Source: a virus. Taken from it: a DNA stretch of 11,088 nucleotides. A model generated the notes under the pieces. It ran no database searches and was not told the origin of the DNA. It was given only the letters and a program-made list of their open reading frames with translations. The stretch spans positions 1-11,088 of IMG/VR virus record IMGVR_UViG_3300029573_000021; one strand, written 5' to 3'. The position numbers and the translations under genes were made by a program. Shown one piece after another: positions 10,521 through 11,088 of the stretch (position 1 is its first letter; every line of letters starts with the position of its first letter).

Positions 10521-11088
10521 ATGGCAGGCATCATCAAACGCAACAATAAATGGGTGGCCGTCTTCCGGTCTCTGGACGGCAAAGAGCTGCGAAAGACAAC
10601 CGGAATCGACGTGGTTCCCAGGGCGCTTCTCCCGGGAGCGAATAAGAAATCGGTCATGTCTCAAAATGAAGCCCGGGCTCGTCTCGTCGCCCAGGAGATG
10701 GAGAAGGAAGCCCGCTATGGGGTTTTTGACCTGGACAAGGTGAAGGCCATTGCCGGAGATCAAGCGGGCGTGCTGAAAGCCACCATGAACGGCATGACGG
10801 TGAGCCGGTTCCTGTTTGACTGGCTGGACGGACGGAAAAACAAGAAGCGGGCCTATGAGCGGGACGGCATGGCCGTCCGCCGGCTGCTGGCGTACCTCGG
10901 AGACCGACGGAATATGCCCCTGGCCGCCTTGAATAAAGGCATGGCTAAAGATTTTGTAGAAACTGAATTAGAGCGCGTTTCCGCAGGTACCGTCATCCGC
11001 TACGTGTCCACGCTTTCCACGGAGTTCACTTCCCTGCTCCGCCGTCATGGCATCGTGGAAGACGAGCCTACAGAGGTGAAGGGGGACC
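10521..11088 (+). CDS. int: Tyrosine recombinase / phage integrase, N-terminal 189 aa (runs off the right edge; the catalytic domain is not visible)
   Basis: Absent from the ORF track because it has no stop in the window. Hand translation gives MAGIIKRNNKWVAVFRSLDGKELRKTTGIDV...MTVSRFLFDWLDGRKNKKRAYERDGMAVRRLLAYLGDRRNMPLAALNKGMAKDFVE.... This is the typical arm-binding N-terminus (K/R-R-x-x-x-W-x-x-x-F/Y-R) followed by a SAM-like core-binding region. The context (xis and phage genes) agrees. Confidence 0.75.
   Translation, partial: MAGIIKRNNKWVAVFRSLDGKELRKTTGIDVVPRALLPGANKKSVMSQNEARARLVAQEMEKEARYGVFDLDKVKAIAGDQAGVLKATMNGMTVSRFLFDWLDGRKNKKRAYERDGMAVRRLLAYLGDRRNMPLAALNKGMAKDFVETELERVSAGTVIRYVSTLSTEFTSLLRRHGIVEDEPTEVKGD

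Noticed and set aside
10365-10763. Minus-strand 132-aa ORF and + strand 81-aa ORF (10498..10743) overlapping the start of int.
   Set aside because: The + strand frame starting at 10521 gives a typical integrase N-terminus and stays open to the window edge, so the overlapping frames are shadows.
1-11088. Search for tRNA/tmRNA genes (common integration targets), CRISPR repeats, IS/transposase genes and inverted terminal repeats.
   Set aside because: I saw no T-arm-like GGTTCGAATCC motif, no cloverleaf candidate, no regularly spaced 25-40 bp repeats and no transposase-like ORF. The att site is presumably outside the window, beyond the int 3' end.

Overview
The window looks like the integrase-proximal (early) half of a temperate phage or phage-like integrative element in a fairly GC-rich host. 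The taxon cannot be determined from the sequence alone. A partial tyrosine integrase sits on the + strand at the right edge. Almost everything else is one very compact minus-strand gene train with many ATGA/GTGA stop-start overlaps. In transcription order (right to left) it runs: a low-GC cassette of tiny genes, an excisionase-type HTH, a second HTH protein, a zinc-ribbon membrane protein, and a recombination module (putative annealing protein, Cas4-like PD-(D/E)XK nuclease, RusA-like resolvase). These are followed by a Cys-rich protein, two orphan adenine methyltransferases, a replication pair (initiator/organizer plus DnaC-like loader), a winged-helix regulator, a small terminase subunit, and an open-ended Ala-rich ORF. 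No tRNA, rRNA, CRISPR array or transposase was seen. The most interesting items are: (1) the low-GC cassette at about 8430-10230 (RHH regulator, lipoprotein, possible membrane peptide, homopolymer-interrupted ORF), which has no recognisable function; (2) a 10-bp-phased repeat array inside the replication gene, a candidate origin; (3) exact 15-bp elements flanking terS; (4) clustered TGTACA boxes upstream of int. All product calls rest on motifs recognised by eye, and no database search was possible.
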